Positions 13,770 through 27,529 of a DNA stretch of 64,000 bases are shown here, piece by piece. Source of the stretch: Camelus ferus (Eukaryota). The notes under the pieces were generated by a model that saw nothing but the letters and a program-made list of their open reading frames with translations, had not been told where the DNA came from and searched no databases. A program made the translations under genes and the position numbers. Numbering within the stretch: position 1 is the stretch's first letter; each line of letters begins with the position of its first letter. The stretch lies in the NCBI RefSeq assembly GCF_009834535.1, contig NC_045696.1, positions 78,122,001 to 78,186,000 of the forward strand, written 5' to 3'.

Positions 13770-14610
13770 CATCCATTTCTGTAGTTGTTTTCAACAAATG
13801 CTGCTAAGGAGCACATCTATGTGGGGTGGAGGGGAAACAGGACCTAGAGCGCTGCAGATTAAAGATGAAATCCTAGCCCGCAGGGAGTTTGTATCCTAGA
13901 CAGACACACACACACACACAACACACACACACACACACACACACAGTGTTATGAGAGCCAGGGAGGAGTTCACCTAATTCTGACTGGGGGTGAATGAGAA
14001 GTCTGAGAAGGGTTTTCCTGGAGGTGATGTCCATGCTTTGTTTAAAAACATTAGCAGAAGTTAGCCTGAGGAAGACCATGAAGAAAGCTATCGAAAGCCA
14101 ATAAAAGAGTTGAGGCCAAACTTCTAAGATGATGTGACTTGAGAAGGGATCAGGGGGTCTGTCAGAATCACGTTGAAGAAGTCATGTTCTGTAGTCTCAA
14201 TTTTTAACTTGCACTTGTAAAGGCAACTGACACATTTCAGAGTGACCACCCAGTTTGTACTTTAGAAAGGAACTATGCAGAGGTAAGTTTGAAGGAAAGA
14301 GGTTTTCTTTAGTAATCTGGATAAGAAATGCTGAGGGCCTGGATTATGATGGGAACAGAGGAGAACAGAAGGAGGAAATACAATGGAAGGCACTAAGGCA
14401 GAGTCATTAGACTTAACTCACTGAATGTGGGTTAAGTTTAACACCTGGCCCTGGCCTCCAACGCTTGGAGGGTGGACATTCCCATCACTGCTTGGAGGAA
14501 GTAGGGAAGAAAGAGATGGAATCCAGGCTTCAAAAGCTGACACTGGGGATAATCATGACACATCTATGACGGTATTTTGGGTATCTGATTTGGAATAAGC
14601 AGTTTTAGGC
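13770..14610 (-). mobile_element. LINE-2 fragment
   Basis: Antisense L2 3' hallmarks 'ttcaacaaatgctgctaaggagcacatctatg', 'gaagggttttcctggaggtgatg', 'gataagaaatgctgagggcctggatta'. Confidence 0.65.
13904..13945. repeat. (CA)n microsatellite, interrupted
   Basis: Direct sequence. Confidence 0.95.
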
Positions 14611-15467
14611 AGTGGGCTCCCTTTTAGTCTCCTCTTGTAAGTTATAGAAAGAATTTCCTCATCTCATAAATTATAGGATAATAATATTCCAGTTGTTGTA
14701 TACTTGATTGTTGGTGTTCCAGTTATATTAAGTTCTTCACTTCTCACTTGAAGGAAGAATGGGATTGCTTAAAGTTAAAAGAGAAATTGCTTAACTTAGA
14801 AAAGATTTCATCCAATTGACTTATGATTTGTCAATCATCATGGTTCTAAAACTGAGTTGGGAACTAGCAGCATTCCTCAGGCTAAAATCAGGTGCATGCT
14901 TGTGGCACACGAAGGGCATAACCTTTTCAAACATTAGAAGCCCACTGAGTCATTTAAAATCATAAAGGAAGAAGCTAAGCTTAAACAAAATTAAAACCAG
15001 CTTAATGTATCTAGTTTCAAATTGGTGATAATAGGGGTTGGGGAGGGTGGGAGAAGGAACGGAGAGCCTTCAAATGGGACAGAGTCATGGCCTGTAAGCC
15101 AGCGTGCAGCTGGACTTCAGAGCGAGAGGTACAAAAGCTCACCCACTTCCGTGTTTACATATTCACCTCTGGCTTAGCCTGTGCTATCTCCCCCGCCTCC
15201 CCAGTCTTCTGGGAATAGCAACCTTGCCTCAGCTGCACTAAGGGAGAAAGGGATTTGTTTTTCCCCCCACATAGAGAAAGAGATTGAGACTATAATCAAA
15301 AGCAGTGAGTCAACCAGTCACCTTGGCCAGAGAACTAGGAAATACGATTCCTGGAGAGTAAAGCTAAAAGCTAGTGAGCTACAGAGCGACTGAGAATAAA
15401 GTGGAAGCCTAGGAGAGACACAGGGCCATTTGTAACTGCTGACTCGTGCCTGCGTGGGGTGCCCCTT

Positions 15468-15690
15468 ACTCAATATTCATTCATTCAGTCATTCATTCAT
15501 CCAGTATGATGCAGACCATGGGCACGCTACTGTGCAAGAAGATGAAACTTATTATAATAGTAAATAAGGCACACAACCCTTGCCCTTGAGAGCTTTCCAA
15601 CATTATTTATATAACATACGTAAAAAGAATATTACAATCTAGCATAGCAGGAAATTTTAAATAGGGGTAAAGTGTGCTATCAAGACGCAC
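15468..15690 (-). mobile_element. LINE-2 3' end
   Basis: (ttca)n-type L2 tail and 'taaataaggcacacaacccttgcccttgagagcttt'. Confidence 0.6.
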
Positions 15691-15799
15691 CAGCAATACA
15701 CACCCCACACCACTCCAAGACTTGTATTTACAGTGTGAGAAAAATGGAAGAGGTCAATAAGGATATGTTAAAAATAAATACCATTGTGTGGCATTTTCT

Positions 15800-16555
15800 T
15801 CCTAGTATGTAAAAGAACTCCTCCAAAGAGAGCAAAAAGGCCCAAGATGGTAAGCAGGAAGGACTACAAGTCATCAGAAGATAAAGCACAAAGACACGCT
15901 ATTTTGGAAATAAATATTTAAAATAAAATACAAGAACACAACATCACCCTTCCAAGAATGTCGTAAGAATAAACTTCGCAACTTTTGAAACCTCAAATGA
16001 CTCAAAACTAGGGGCAAGGGGGATGTCTCTTATGAAGTTATTGAAAAAGAATTTGTGGAACTGGGAACCTCACACACTAGGAGGTGACTGAAAATTCATG
16101 TAATCTATCTTGAGAACAATTTGGCTTTATTCATCAAGTGTGATAAAAATATGTATACCCTTAACCCAACTATTGCATCTCTGAAAAATGAAGAAAAGTA
16201 GACAAAGATGTTCATTACAGTATTGTGATAATTAACATAGTAAACAAAAATATCCAAAAATAGGGAGGTAATTAGATAAATCATGGAATCACATGATACG
16301 GAATTTTGATATCTATAAAAAGCTATAACACCATACAAAAAGTAATTTTCACTAGCATTTCATTGTGTTAACATCCTCTCTCTCGCTTATGTATAAATAC
16401 CCATGATTTATAGAGAAAGAGTAAGTGGAAATGCTTCAAAATGTTAATTTGGGGGTGGCTAATCTGTGCTAAAGGACTATGAATTATTAGGTTTCTTATA
16501 TTTTGTAATTTCTACATTTTAGGCAATAAGCATATGCTAATTTTATATTAGAAAA
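15800..16555 (+). mobile_element. Ancient L1M (L1ME/MC-type) 3' fragment
   Basis: 'aaagaactcctccaaa', 'gggaacctcacacact', 'gagaacaatttggc', 'aaagatgttcattacagtattgt' and an L1ME-like 3' end. Confidence 0.65.
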
Positions 16556-18151
16556 TATGGCTTTGTATTTAATAATTTGATCTTAAATTACGTTTTAGGT
16601 AAGTGTATCAGACAATGGATGGCAAAAGGTAGAAAGTCCCTGGAAAAAATCAATCAAGAAAGCAAATGTACAAGCTTATGAGATTTTAGAAGTGTTGACA
16701 TGAAAGAGCAATATAGGTTTTCCATTAAAAATGTTTTTTTAAAAAAAGACTATTGAACAATTTTATCACACAGAAAGAGAAACTATTCAAAACTCTTTCA
16801 GTTGCGAAGGTGTTAGCCAGTTCAAATCTGTTTTGCTTAAGAGTTACTCTGGTAAGGAGCAATTTCTTTCTTTTTTTTCCTTCATTCTTTTCTTTTTTCT
16901 CTCTTTTTTGGCTGCAAAGCCCCAGAAAGGAAATACTTAACTCAGATTTACACTTAATTGTAAGACTGAGATCAGTATCAGATCAGTCCAGCAAGAGTTC
17001 TATGTGACTGCTAGACAGAAAGATGTTGACAATATAACCTGCTTTTTCTACCTTTAGACATGTCTAACTACAGTTCAACGTGTCTCCTGCTAGATGAAGC
17101 ATAAACCCGCAGAGAAAAGCCACACTTGAGCTGGGAACGAACTATTCCACCTTCAGTGTCATTCAATAGATGCCTCGAAGAAAGGTCTATGCTCTTTTGG
17201 CAGCAGGAACCTCCACTTTCATCCAGATTTATAAAAACATGTTAGGCTGTCCCGCTGGCTAACACAATCCCCTTTTCAAAGGCAAAATGACTGTACTGCA
17301 TCTAACATAATGCTTAACCAAAACTATTTGCTGAAAGTGCTCTTCAAATGTACGTTTGGACTGGCCAGATGTAAATACGCACTGAGGGACAGTTAATCTC
17401 AATTCTGAACTTCCAAGGATAAAACAAATAGATTCTATTTTTAAGATGCATAAATGGGTTTGCCTGAGGTTTACACCTGGATACTACCTAATTACTAATG
17501 CTCACGGTATTTCTTTTACATAAAAAAGGATGGTGCTCATGAAAATCCCTCCAGTTTAGGGGGAAAAAACCCCTTGCCCTTAAATTTTAAAACATGGGAA
17601 ATGACTCTAGGTTACAGGCAAGTCTCCTATCAGTACCACCAAAAGTTTCAGTTCAGAGAATGTGAAGTCCTTTTGTTTAATTGTGTTCTCTTTCATCCTA
17701 TTTGTCAAAAAACCCTCCTCCAACATCGTCACATCAAGGCAAAGTGAAGAAAGAGCTCAAGGATATGGAGAAGTTATTGACTATGTTATAGAATTATATG
17801 AATATATAAATCCTATGTATATGCAAAAACACTTCATAGTATGATTTGTATATTTACTTATACATAACTAACGTATCGAATTTTATGCTTCAGTTAAAAT
17901 TTGGAGGGGGCTAATATGACAGGAAATATTGTACATTTGTGAACAGATTTTCATGACAGGTAAAAGTTATCAGGTTTAAGAAGTGATATGTAGAAACAGG
18001 AAAATATAATTTTCATGTAAAAAATTATTTTAAAAGAACTTCACTTCTTCCATTTATATATAATTTAAGTTCTCTAATTAGGAAAACTATTAGATACCTA
18101 GAGTTTAAAATTTATTTTGAGTATAAGTTTTCTCACAGCCTTGCTAGGAGT

Positions 18152-19842
18152 GTGTTAAAATGGCCATAGTACCCAAAGCAATCTAAAGATTTACTATCAA
18201 ATTACCAGGACATTTTTCATAGAACTAAAACAAATAATTCCAAAATTTATATGGAAACACAAAAGATCCAGAATTGTCAAAACAATCTTGGTGAAAAAGT
18301 ACAAAGCTAGAGGCATAATCCTTCCAGACATCAGATAATACTATAAAGCTGCAGTAATCAAAACAGCATGGTATTTGCACAAAAACAGACATAGAGATCA
18401 ATGGAACAGAATAGAGAGCCCAGAATAAACCCACAACACACTTATGGTCAATCTTTGACAAAGGAGATAAGAATATACATTGGAGGGAAAAACAGTCTCT
18501 TCAGCAAGTCATATTTCAGTGACAGCTGAATGTAAATCAGTGAAGTTATTAGAACACCCCCCACATCATATACAAAAATAAACTTAAAATGGCTTAAAGA
18601 CTTTAATACAAAAAATGATACTATAGAACTCCTAGAAGTTTTATGAGAACATAGGCAAAACATTCTCTGACATAAACTGTAGCAATGTTTTCTTAATCTT
18701 CTGCGGCAATAAAAACAAAAGCAAAAATAAACAAACAGGATCTAATCAAACTTAAAAGCTCTTGTATAGCAAAGGAAATTATATACAAAATGAAACAACA
18801 ACCTACTGACTGGGAGAAAGTATTTGAAAATGATGTGACCAACAAGGGATTAATTTCCAAAATATACAAACAGCTCACACAACTCAGTAACAAAAAACCA
18901 AACCAATCAAAAAATGGGCAGAAAACCTAAACAAACATTTCTCCAAAGACTATGTACAGATGGCCAACAGATATATGAAAAGATGTTCAACATTGCTAAA
19001 TATTGGAGAAATGCAAGTCAAAACTACAATCAGGAGTCACCTCACAGCAGTCAGAATGACCATCATTGAAAAGTCTATAAATAATAAATGCTAGAGAGGG
19101 TGTGGAGAAATGGAAACACTCCTACACTGTTGGTGGGAATATAAATTGGTGCAGCCACTATAGAGAACAGTATGGAGAGGTTCCTTAAAAAACTAAAAAC
19201 AGAGCTACCATATGATCCAGCAATCCCACTCCTGGGCATATATCCAGAAAAGACAACTCTAATTTGAAAAGATACGTGCATCCCAATGCTCACAACAGCA
19301 CTATTTACAATAGCCAAGACAGAGAAGCAACCTAAGTGTCTATCAACACATAAATGGATAAAAAAAGAAGTGGTATACATACCATACTACTCAGCCATAA
19401 CAAAGAATGAAATAATGCCATTTGCAGCAACATGGATGGACCTAAAGATTATCATCCTAAGTGAAGTAAGTCAGACAAAGACAAATATTGTATAATTTCA
19501 CTTATATGTGGAATGTAAAAAAATAGTACAAATGAACTTATCTACAAAACAGAAATAGCCTCACAGATATAGTAACCAAACTTATGGTTATGAAAGGGGA
19601 GCAGAGGGAGGAATAAATTAGGAGTATGGGATAAAGAGATGCACACTACCACATACAAAACATAAACAACAAGGACCTACTGTACAGCACAGGGAACAAC
19701 AGTCAATATCCTGTAATAATAATGAAAAAGAATTTTAAAATAACATAGATGCATACATACATATATATATATATCTGAATCATTTTCTTGTATGCCTGAA
19801 ACTAACACAATATTGTAAATCAACTATATTTCAATTAAAAAA
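18152..19842 (+). mobile_element. LINE-1, 5'-truncated (ORF2 C-terminus plus 3'UTR)
   Basis: ORF2 remnant ALFTIAKTEKQPKCLSTHKWIKK...EIMPFAATWMDLKIIILSEVSQ (19286-19495); 3'UTR ending 'ttgtaaatcaactatatttcaattaaaaaa'. Confidence 0.95.
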
Positions 19843-19849
19843 GAGAAAA

Positions 19850-20172
19850 GGTCGCCTGTCAAAAGAGCTTTCACAAACCATCTTATATGAAAAATATTAT
19901 CCCATACCCTATCCTTACCTCCTGATCCATCCCAAAATGTCTGCCTGATATTTTTCCCATAACTTTTTAAAATTAATTTTGCAGTATCTGACATATGATG
20001 TATTTACTTATTTATTGTCTGCATTCCCCACTAGAATGTAAATGCTGTAAAATCAGGGAATTGTTTATTCACTGCCCGTCTCCCCATCCACTACTAGAAC
20101 AGTGCCTGGAACACAGTAAGTCAGCCAAAATAAGGGAGGGAGGGAGGGAAGGAAGGAAGGAAGGAAGGAAGG
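19850..20172 (+). mobile_element. LINE-2 (L2a-like) 3' end with (GGAA)n/(GGGA)n tail
   Basis: 'ccccactagaatgtaaatgctgtaaaatcaggga...ttattcactg...tagaacagtgcctggaacacagtaag'. Confidence 0.8.
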
Positions 20173-22339
20173 AGAGATATTATTTGATTCTCTTTCTCCT
20201 ACAGTTATTATCCAAATAAAGTACTATTACTGGCACAAGTCAGTTTTCCAAGCAGCATTAACCTGTTTCACACACATATTGTGACTTTACAATAAAGGAG
20301 AAGAAATTTTAAAAGAACAGTGCTTGATGACTTATGCTGGACAGTTAGTCTTGGAGAGACAGAGAGTACAACAGAGAAATAATTAGAAAGCAAAGTTTCA
20401 GTTAGTTCAAGCATTAAGGGAATAATATCACATTGTTTAAATGGTGACTCCAGCTAAGCTTTATTCTTGTACACTGGCAGCTTCTTAAAGTTTTAATCTG
20501 GTGTCCATATTAACATGGTTGAGGGAGATACTTCATTATCAAATAAGCTGATGCTCATTTAATATTCTGACTTTCAGAGTTACAAGGATGTGGTCCCTTC
20601 AATAGAAAAATACCTAACAACTTAAACTAAACAAGATTTTTGAATGCATATGCAATAATAATATTGTGACTACTCATTGACTGAATCATAATTATTAATG
20701 CCCTGGCTTTTAAAAACTCATCTGCTCTGCATAATAAATTCTTAATTAATAATGCACCCCACCTCTGTGAAAGTTAACCTAATTACAGCTCAATATTTAT
20801 AAGGGCAAATATGTCTTAAAATATTCAAAGAGATTTCTAGTTGGATTTTTTTTCTTGCCACATCATTTCTAAGCTGCTGTAGCCTAGCTTTCATTAAAAG
20901 TTGATGTGACAGATTGTTATAATTTTCAGATTGCTAAATACTTCTGTCAAGTCCCTTAAGGCATTTTCAGAATTTAGTTCTTGGATTTGTTGGGATGATT
21001 TCCAGGCTCTCCTTTTTGGTGGGGATGAGGTGAGCAACAGCTTGAAACTATGATTCATTTCTGTTTGAGTTTCTGTCAGATTCTCGCAGGAAAAAGAAAA
21101 TGACTAATCACCTACTAAAAATGGCAACAGATGCTGTAAGCAAAATTTCATTCAACCTGTTAACTTTGGTTCCAATGCAAGAACCATTTAATTAAAACTC
21201 CTAGTTTTTAAATATCATTTTTTAAATAACATCTGCTTCTAAGATATAAGGTAATGAATTTCATGCTCAATATTTTAACAAAGTTTTGTATAATGAGCTT
21301 CCACTGCACTTCAGTTTACACATACCAACCTACATGTATGTATAGGATATATATTATAGTAACATGAGGATGTACGTACTTCTGCTCCAGGAAAAGGCTA
21401 GTAGCATTTTATAAACAAATTAAGCATTCTGAAAAGTTCTAATGGTATCCTGTTTACTACACTTGGTTCACATGAAATAGTAATTGATATTTTACTTAAT
21501 ATTTTTCTATCTTTTTTGTTCTAGATTCATGTTTGTTCAGATCCCCTGGGACTTTATATCTGAAAAAAAATCAGGTCTAAGAAACAGCAGACCAATTTGT
21601 GATTCTAAGTAGCACATTGATGAGATAGCAGAAGAACTCATAACTGTCTAAACCAAGCAGTGACTGACAGAGGTGTTTATGTCATGAAATACTTTTGCAA
21701 ATTTTGTCCCCAATTTTTTTTTTGGCTGGACTGTACACATAATGTATTTAAATATATTTTCACACACACACAAAAAAAAGACATTTAAAATTATCTCAGA
21801 TTGGACAGACTGGTATAGAGGACATCCCATTAAGCAAATGTGAGAGCATCTCTTTAAGTCCTAACACTTGAGTCTTTCTAAACATACGAGGACAGATAAC
21901 GTTCCAGGACAGGTGCAGTTGTTTCATATGTACTAACAGGCATTGGCCCTTTCAGAACAGGTCATAAACTTGCTGCAACTGTACTGCCATCACGCAGACG
22001 TTTTTAGAATTCCCCCAATTCTTGAAGAACTGTTACAGTGTGGAATAGGGTAAGAACAGAAGAGAGCTAGACCCTGGAAGAGAGGAGAGGAGGGAGAGAA
22101 AGGTGAGACTGTTTATCTGCTCCCCATGCCAGAGGAAGGAGGCGGTAACAGTACACAAGGAGTCCATGTCTACCTGGATATTCACAGACACCATCTGATG
22201 TTTTGGCCTGGAAGTAGGGCTAATGCTGGGGTGCCTATTTCCCCCACTTCTAAGCATCCATACATGGGCCTCAAGCATAGAGGCCCATATAGAGGAAGAG
22301 CTGTGTTGCCATCAAGAAAAATCCTCCAGAGTTAGTACT

Positions 22340-22525
22340 TTCACACCCACCATTACATCTGCTACTTAAACTAGTTCTGTGAGCTCATGTGTCTCCACTT
22401 TACAGAAAGGAAACCAACGCTCAGAGAGGATAAATAATTTGACAAGGGACACATAACTAATACGTGGCAGAGTCAGAATCTACCTGGGGCTCCTGACATT
22501 TAACCCAACTGTTGTTCTACTACAC
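22340..22525 (-). mobile_element. MIR SINE
   Basis: 'ccactttacagaaaggaaaccaacgctcagagaggataaataatttgacaagggacaca'. Confidence 0.8.
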
Positions 22526-23667
22526 TTGCTTAAACATGCCTCCCTGACATGTTGTAGATGGAAAATATACAGTTCATCAAAGTCAAGTGAAGCACCAGGA
22601 ATCTAAGTAGGATGGTATTCTCTTATGACTTTAAACCCCATGACATATACATGACTTCGAACAAGTCTCTTGGTCTTTTTGAGCCATATTTTATTTGAAA
22701 AGAGATATAAACCAGATGACCTCCAAGGTCTAAAAAGTACAGATTTCTTATCCCACATTGGCTATAACTAAAATCTTAAACTGATTAATATCATCAGGAA
22801 CAATTCCAAATTGCCTTGGACAATATTAAATATTGATATGTTGATAAGAGCATTATTTCAGTTAAAAAAAAAAAAACAACCTACTGACTTGGGGTATATA
22901 TATTGGATAGAAGCCAATAGACATGGTGGCAAGAATGGCTAATATAAATTTTAGCTATGTTTCCAAAAAATTAGAAAAGTGTGACTTTTGTCATAATTAA
23001 AATATATGAAATGAACAAGAATACTTCTTTGTCTTCTGTCTTTGATGACCAATTCACTTCAAACTCAGGAGGAAAATTAGTGAACATTCTACACTTATTA
23101 TAAACCAAATTTTAGCTGCTAATCTCCTAGGAAGTGATGACAAAATACATTAAACAGTCATACAGTAAGTTATTCAAATGTGACAAGGTAAAAACCAACC
23201 TTCTGTTCAACTAATGTAAAAAAATGAATTTATGAATCAACTGATAGAACACATAATCCCATTCAGAAAATGAGAATCATAAATTTAAAAAAATCACCCC
23301 TCTGAATCTTGAAAACATTAGACTATAAGTTTAACTTTCTGATGGGAAAGCTGTAGTTTTGTTAATTGAACGACTATTTTGGAAACTAGCTTCATATGTA
23401 TTTATAAATACACATGTATTATTTCTGAGATTTTTTTTCCTTTGAAATACATCTAGCCACAAGATGGAGTACACCTCTTACAACAATTTCCAGGAACATT
23501 ACGGTGCCTAATGTATTAACAATATTTGTTTTTCCTGTTTTATAGCTAGTATAAGACAACTGAAATATAAAAATGCTAAATGAGGTTACCAAATAAATTA
23601 GTCAGTTACGTAACTGCTACTTTCCATCTTTATTTTTAAGATTTTTTTAAAATTATTTTATTTTGCT

Positions 23668-23894
23668 GGGAAGGGATAAGTTTGGGAGTTTGAGATTTAC
23701 AAATGTTAGGCACTATATATATAAAAATAGATTAAAAAATTTCTTCTGTATAGCACAGAGAACTATAGTCAATATCTTCTCGTAATAACCTTTAATGAAA
23801 AAGAATATTAAAATGAATATGTGTGTATATGCATAGCTGAAACATTGTGCTGTACACCAAAAATTGACACATAAGTGACTACAATTAAAAAAAA
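23668..23894 (+). mobile_element. L1 3'UTR fragment
   Basis: 'gggataagtttgggagtttgagattt...ctgtatagcacagagaactatagtcaatatc...aattaaaaaaaa'. Confidence 0.85.
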
Positions 23895-25230
23895 GTGTTA
23901 ATTTGGGAGACCACTGATTACGCGTCTCAATTACACTATTGGAGAAGCAGCTTTTCAGTCAGGTGCTCTGCCTTTCACTCTTTCCTTAGAAACAGATAAG
24001 AAACTGTCTTCCTTACTTCAAGCAGTTTCTAATAAGTGGGGATCAAAACAGCCTTGTGTTTTCCATTCACTTCTTCAACAAATCAATAAGAATGCTTGTT
24101 ACGTGAAAGGTTTAACCTTACACAGCATCTCCTCAAAATTGTGCTTACTGTAAAGTAAAATCAAAACACACAGACTATTGCTACCTTTGGGGACTCATCC
24201 AAAACTTACTGCTCAGTGAAGTCTTTCTTACTCCCACACTGTCATTAGACCTCTTCCTTCTGTATTCAGGGAATACACATACATTGTTTGATTCAGGGCA
24301 TGCCTTCTGGGGTTACTATTGTAGAGATGAATTCTTGACATTGTCTTTGACAACTGTCCCTCTGTTCTTTCAAAACTCTCCAAAATCAGAGCATTCCCAT
24401 GGCCAGCATGTCTTAGGTTACCACTCATAATTATCGATTGAATTCTGAGCTCAGTCATCACACAATAAATTTATGATGATGTCCATAAAGGCAAAAGACT
24501 TCTACTGTTCTCTAATTTCTTGATTGTATTCACTCTTTGTTGCATCAAACTACATGAACATTCCTGGATCTGCTATGAAGTTTGCATTTTAAGATCAGGC
24601 CTAATATTTTTCCTTTGTTTCTTTGTGTAGGTCCATCATCATCATTTATATTATTGCAGTCAGGTATTAAGGTCAAAATTGCCTATAAAAAATTAATGAC
24701 AGAAGGAGAGTTCATAACAGACTCAGAACATGTGTTGCAGAATTAAGAGAGCTTTTGATGTGTGGCGCATTTATTCTTGCTGATCTAGAATCAGCAGTTC
24801 AATCTGATGTATCAAACCACAGTGAGAGCACATGAATAGACTGAGATCACAGGAAAAATAAATATTAACTAAGCAAAATATTTAAAAGACAAATGAAGAA
24901 GCAATGAATTAGTCCTGCAAGTGACCATACGCAATTAAAGCACCTACACGTCATGTTCAGAATGTTTATGTATTTATCTACTACTCTAGGGTAGGGACTA
25001 TTTCCCTCATCTCTATAGTCTCAGCTCCACTCAGGGCCAGAACTGACCTTGGCACACAGTATGGAAGGCAACCAGTGCTTGCTGAGGAGGCCCATATCCT
25101 GCTGACCAGATCACTCTCACATATCCTCCTGGGATAATCATACTAGGAGTAATAAACTCAGTTGCCTGACATACTGAAAAAAGAATTTTTAAAAGATCAA
25201 TTAGGAATGATTTTTAGTCTTCAGATAGTG

Positions 25231-25232
<2 letters not shown>

Positions 25233-25271
<39 letters not shown>
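25233..25271. repeat. (CA)n microsatellite
   Basis: About 19 uninterrupted AC units. Confidence 0.95.
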
Positions 25272-25275
<4 letters not shown>

Positions 25276-26282
25276 AATTTGGTAGAACTGTATTTTGCAA
25301 TCTATAGTGTTTTGAGCCTACTCAAAGACTTGTGGGAAAGAAAATAAAAATAGAAGAAAACAGATTCACATTTAAGGCTCACAATATTTGGGGAAGTTCA
25401 AGAAAAGTTAGAAACATCGTAAAATTAAAAGCTACATAAAAATGTAGATACTAAGATCTGTAAACAAAGACAGGCAATAACCAACTCTGAGGCTTCCTAC
25501 CACTGCACCACTGCTTCCGCTGCAGCTCTTTCCATTATGAAATTGCACCCATGTAATGCCCGCCCCTGCTAGTTTCTGCAGGGCAAAAATTACGAGGCAC
25601 ACAGCTGATGTTTAAAAATGTTTATGAAATGAATGACTGAATGCATGCATGCATGAATGAATGAACAGTTTTCAGTGAAATGTAGAAAGACATCTCCCAG
25701 GTGAAGGGTAATTCAGCTGTCAAGGCCTTACCAACGGCAGCAATCAGGGTAACATACCAGAAACACCAGCTCTTAGGTGTTGCCAAGCAGTGTGACCTTA
25801 AATTTTATTTACTGTAAAACGAAAAGCCAGAAAATAAAACAATGGGCTAAAGGGTTAAGATGATCTTTGTCTTGTTAATGTATTATTTTTGCTTTTCCCA
25901 CTTGGGGGAATTTTCTCTTATTGTTCTTCTATTTCAAGTAGTAACTAGTAGGGCTTTGACTCTAGAAAAAGGCAGTCAGGAGAGTCTTAATTAGTTTGAA
26001 ACTACTTGTGCTGGTAGAGAGATGGAAAGACTATCAGCTCTTCAGAAATAAAGAGTTCAAGGAGTTTGACCCTGAGATAACAGAGAGTCCTTTATTTGGC
26101 CAGAAAGCATTTTGCACTGGATGCTAAAATGTAGAGGCAGCAAAGGAAAAGCAAGTTATACTTACTAAAGAAACACCTTAACATTTTATGTATTAATCTC
26201 TTTACTTCTTTCTATAGGTAACATTTAAAAATAACCAGCCACCAATGTTTTATAATCTTGGTTGTTTTCTAAGAGATTTAAA

Positions 26283-26885
26283 CAAAGCTCTGCTTTGAAA
26301 ACATACACGCACTCCAGTGTTCACAGCAGCGCTATTCACAATAGCCAAGACATGGAAACAACCTAAATGTTCACTGACAGACGACTGGATAAAGAAGATG
26401 TGGTATAAATATATACATAATGGAATACTACTCAGACATAAAAAAAGAATAAAAGAATGCCATTTGCAGCAACATGGATGTACCTGGAGAGTGACATACT
26501 AGGTCAGCCAGAAAGAAAAATAAAAATACCACATGATATCACTTACGTGCAGAATCTAAAAAAATGACACAAATGAACTTATTTACAAAACAGAAACAGA
26601 CTCACAGACATAGAAAGCAAACTTATGGTTACCAGGGAGGAAGGGAGTGGGAAGAGATAAATTGGGAGTTTGAGATTTGCAGATACTAACTACTGTATAT
26701 AAAATAGATAAACAACAAGTTTCTACTGTATAGCACAGGGAACTATATTCAGTATCTTGTAGTAACCTATAGTGAAAAAGAATATAAAAATGAATGCATA
26801 TCTGTGTATGTATGACTGAATTATGCTGTATACTAGAAATTGACACATTGTAAATTGATTATATTTCAATTAAAAAATAAATAAA
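26283..26885 (+). mobile_element. LINE-1 3' fragment
   Basis: ORF2 end FTAALFTIAKTWKQPKCSLTDDWIKKMW; full 3'UTR and A-rich tail; several CpGs retained. Confidence 0.93.
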
Positions 26886-27529
26886 GGGGCACTTGGATTT
26901 TTTTTAATTGGGCAAATGCTATTTTAAAGTCAAAGGGAAAGCAGGAGACAATCAGAAGGAAAGGTAGGAACATCTGACCAAGGTCTAGCTTTAGTTCTTG
27001 ACTGATGCCTGGGAGCCCTGTGTGACAACGAGAAGGTCAAAGTTGCAATTGGAATGCCAAACCAGGAAGAGAACTTTCTCAGAATATAGAATGGTCATAT
27101 GCAAGATTCTCAAATAATGAAGACTGACACTAAAGTTAAAGTAATTTTCATCTTCATCATTTTAGTTTTCTAATTTCATCTCCTCAACATTTACAATATG
27201 TCAGACATCACTCAGATGGTCAAATATTGTAACTCATGTTTTACTAATTTATGCCATTCAATGCTGCAGGCTGATACTTCCAGCTGATTAATAATTAGGT
27301 TGAAGAAGTACAGAGATAAGTTATTAGGAGTGAAAATTGGATGACTTCTAAAGTTTGATACTGAAATCTCACCGAATAAGTACAAAATAGAATATTTAAA
27401 GCTTTGAAATAAAAATAATACATTTTTGAAGGTATAATTTTTAAGAAAATGAAGACATAGTAAAATAAAGAAAAAACAGCAAGTTACAAGGGCTTATTTT
27501 TGGCTATATATTTATAATTGACATATTGT

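Noticed and set aside
15806..15849. 44-nt plus-strand exon-like segment (cctag|...ATG|gtaagc)
   Set aside because: It lies within an ancient L1 ORF2 remnant (aaagaactcctccaaa) and has no other support.
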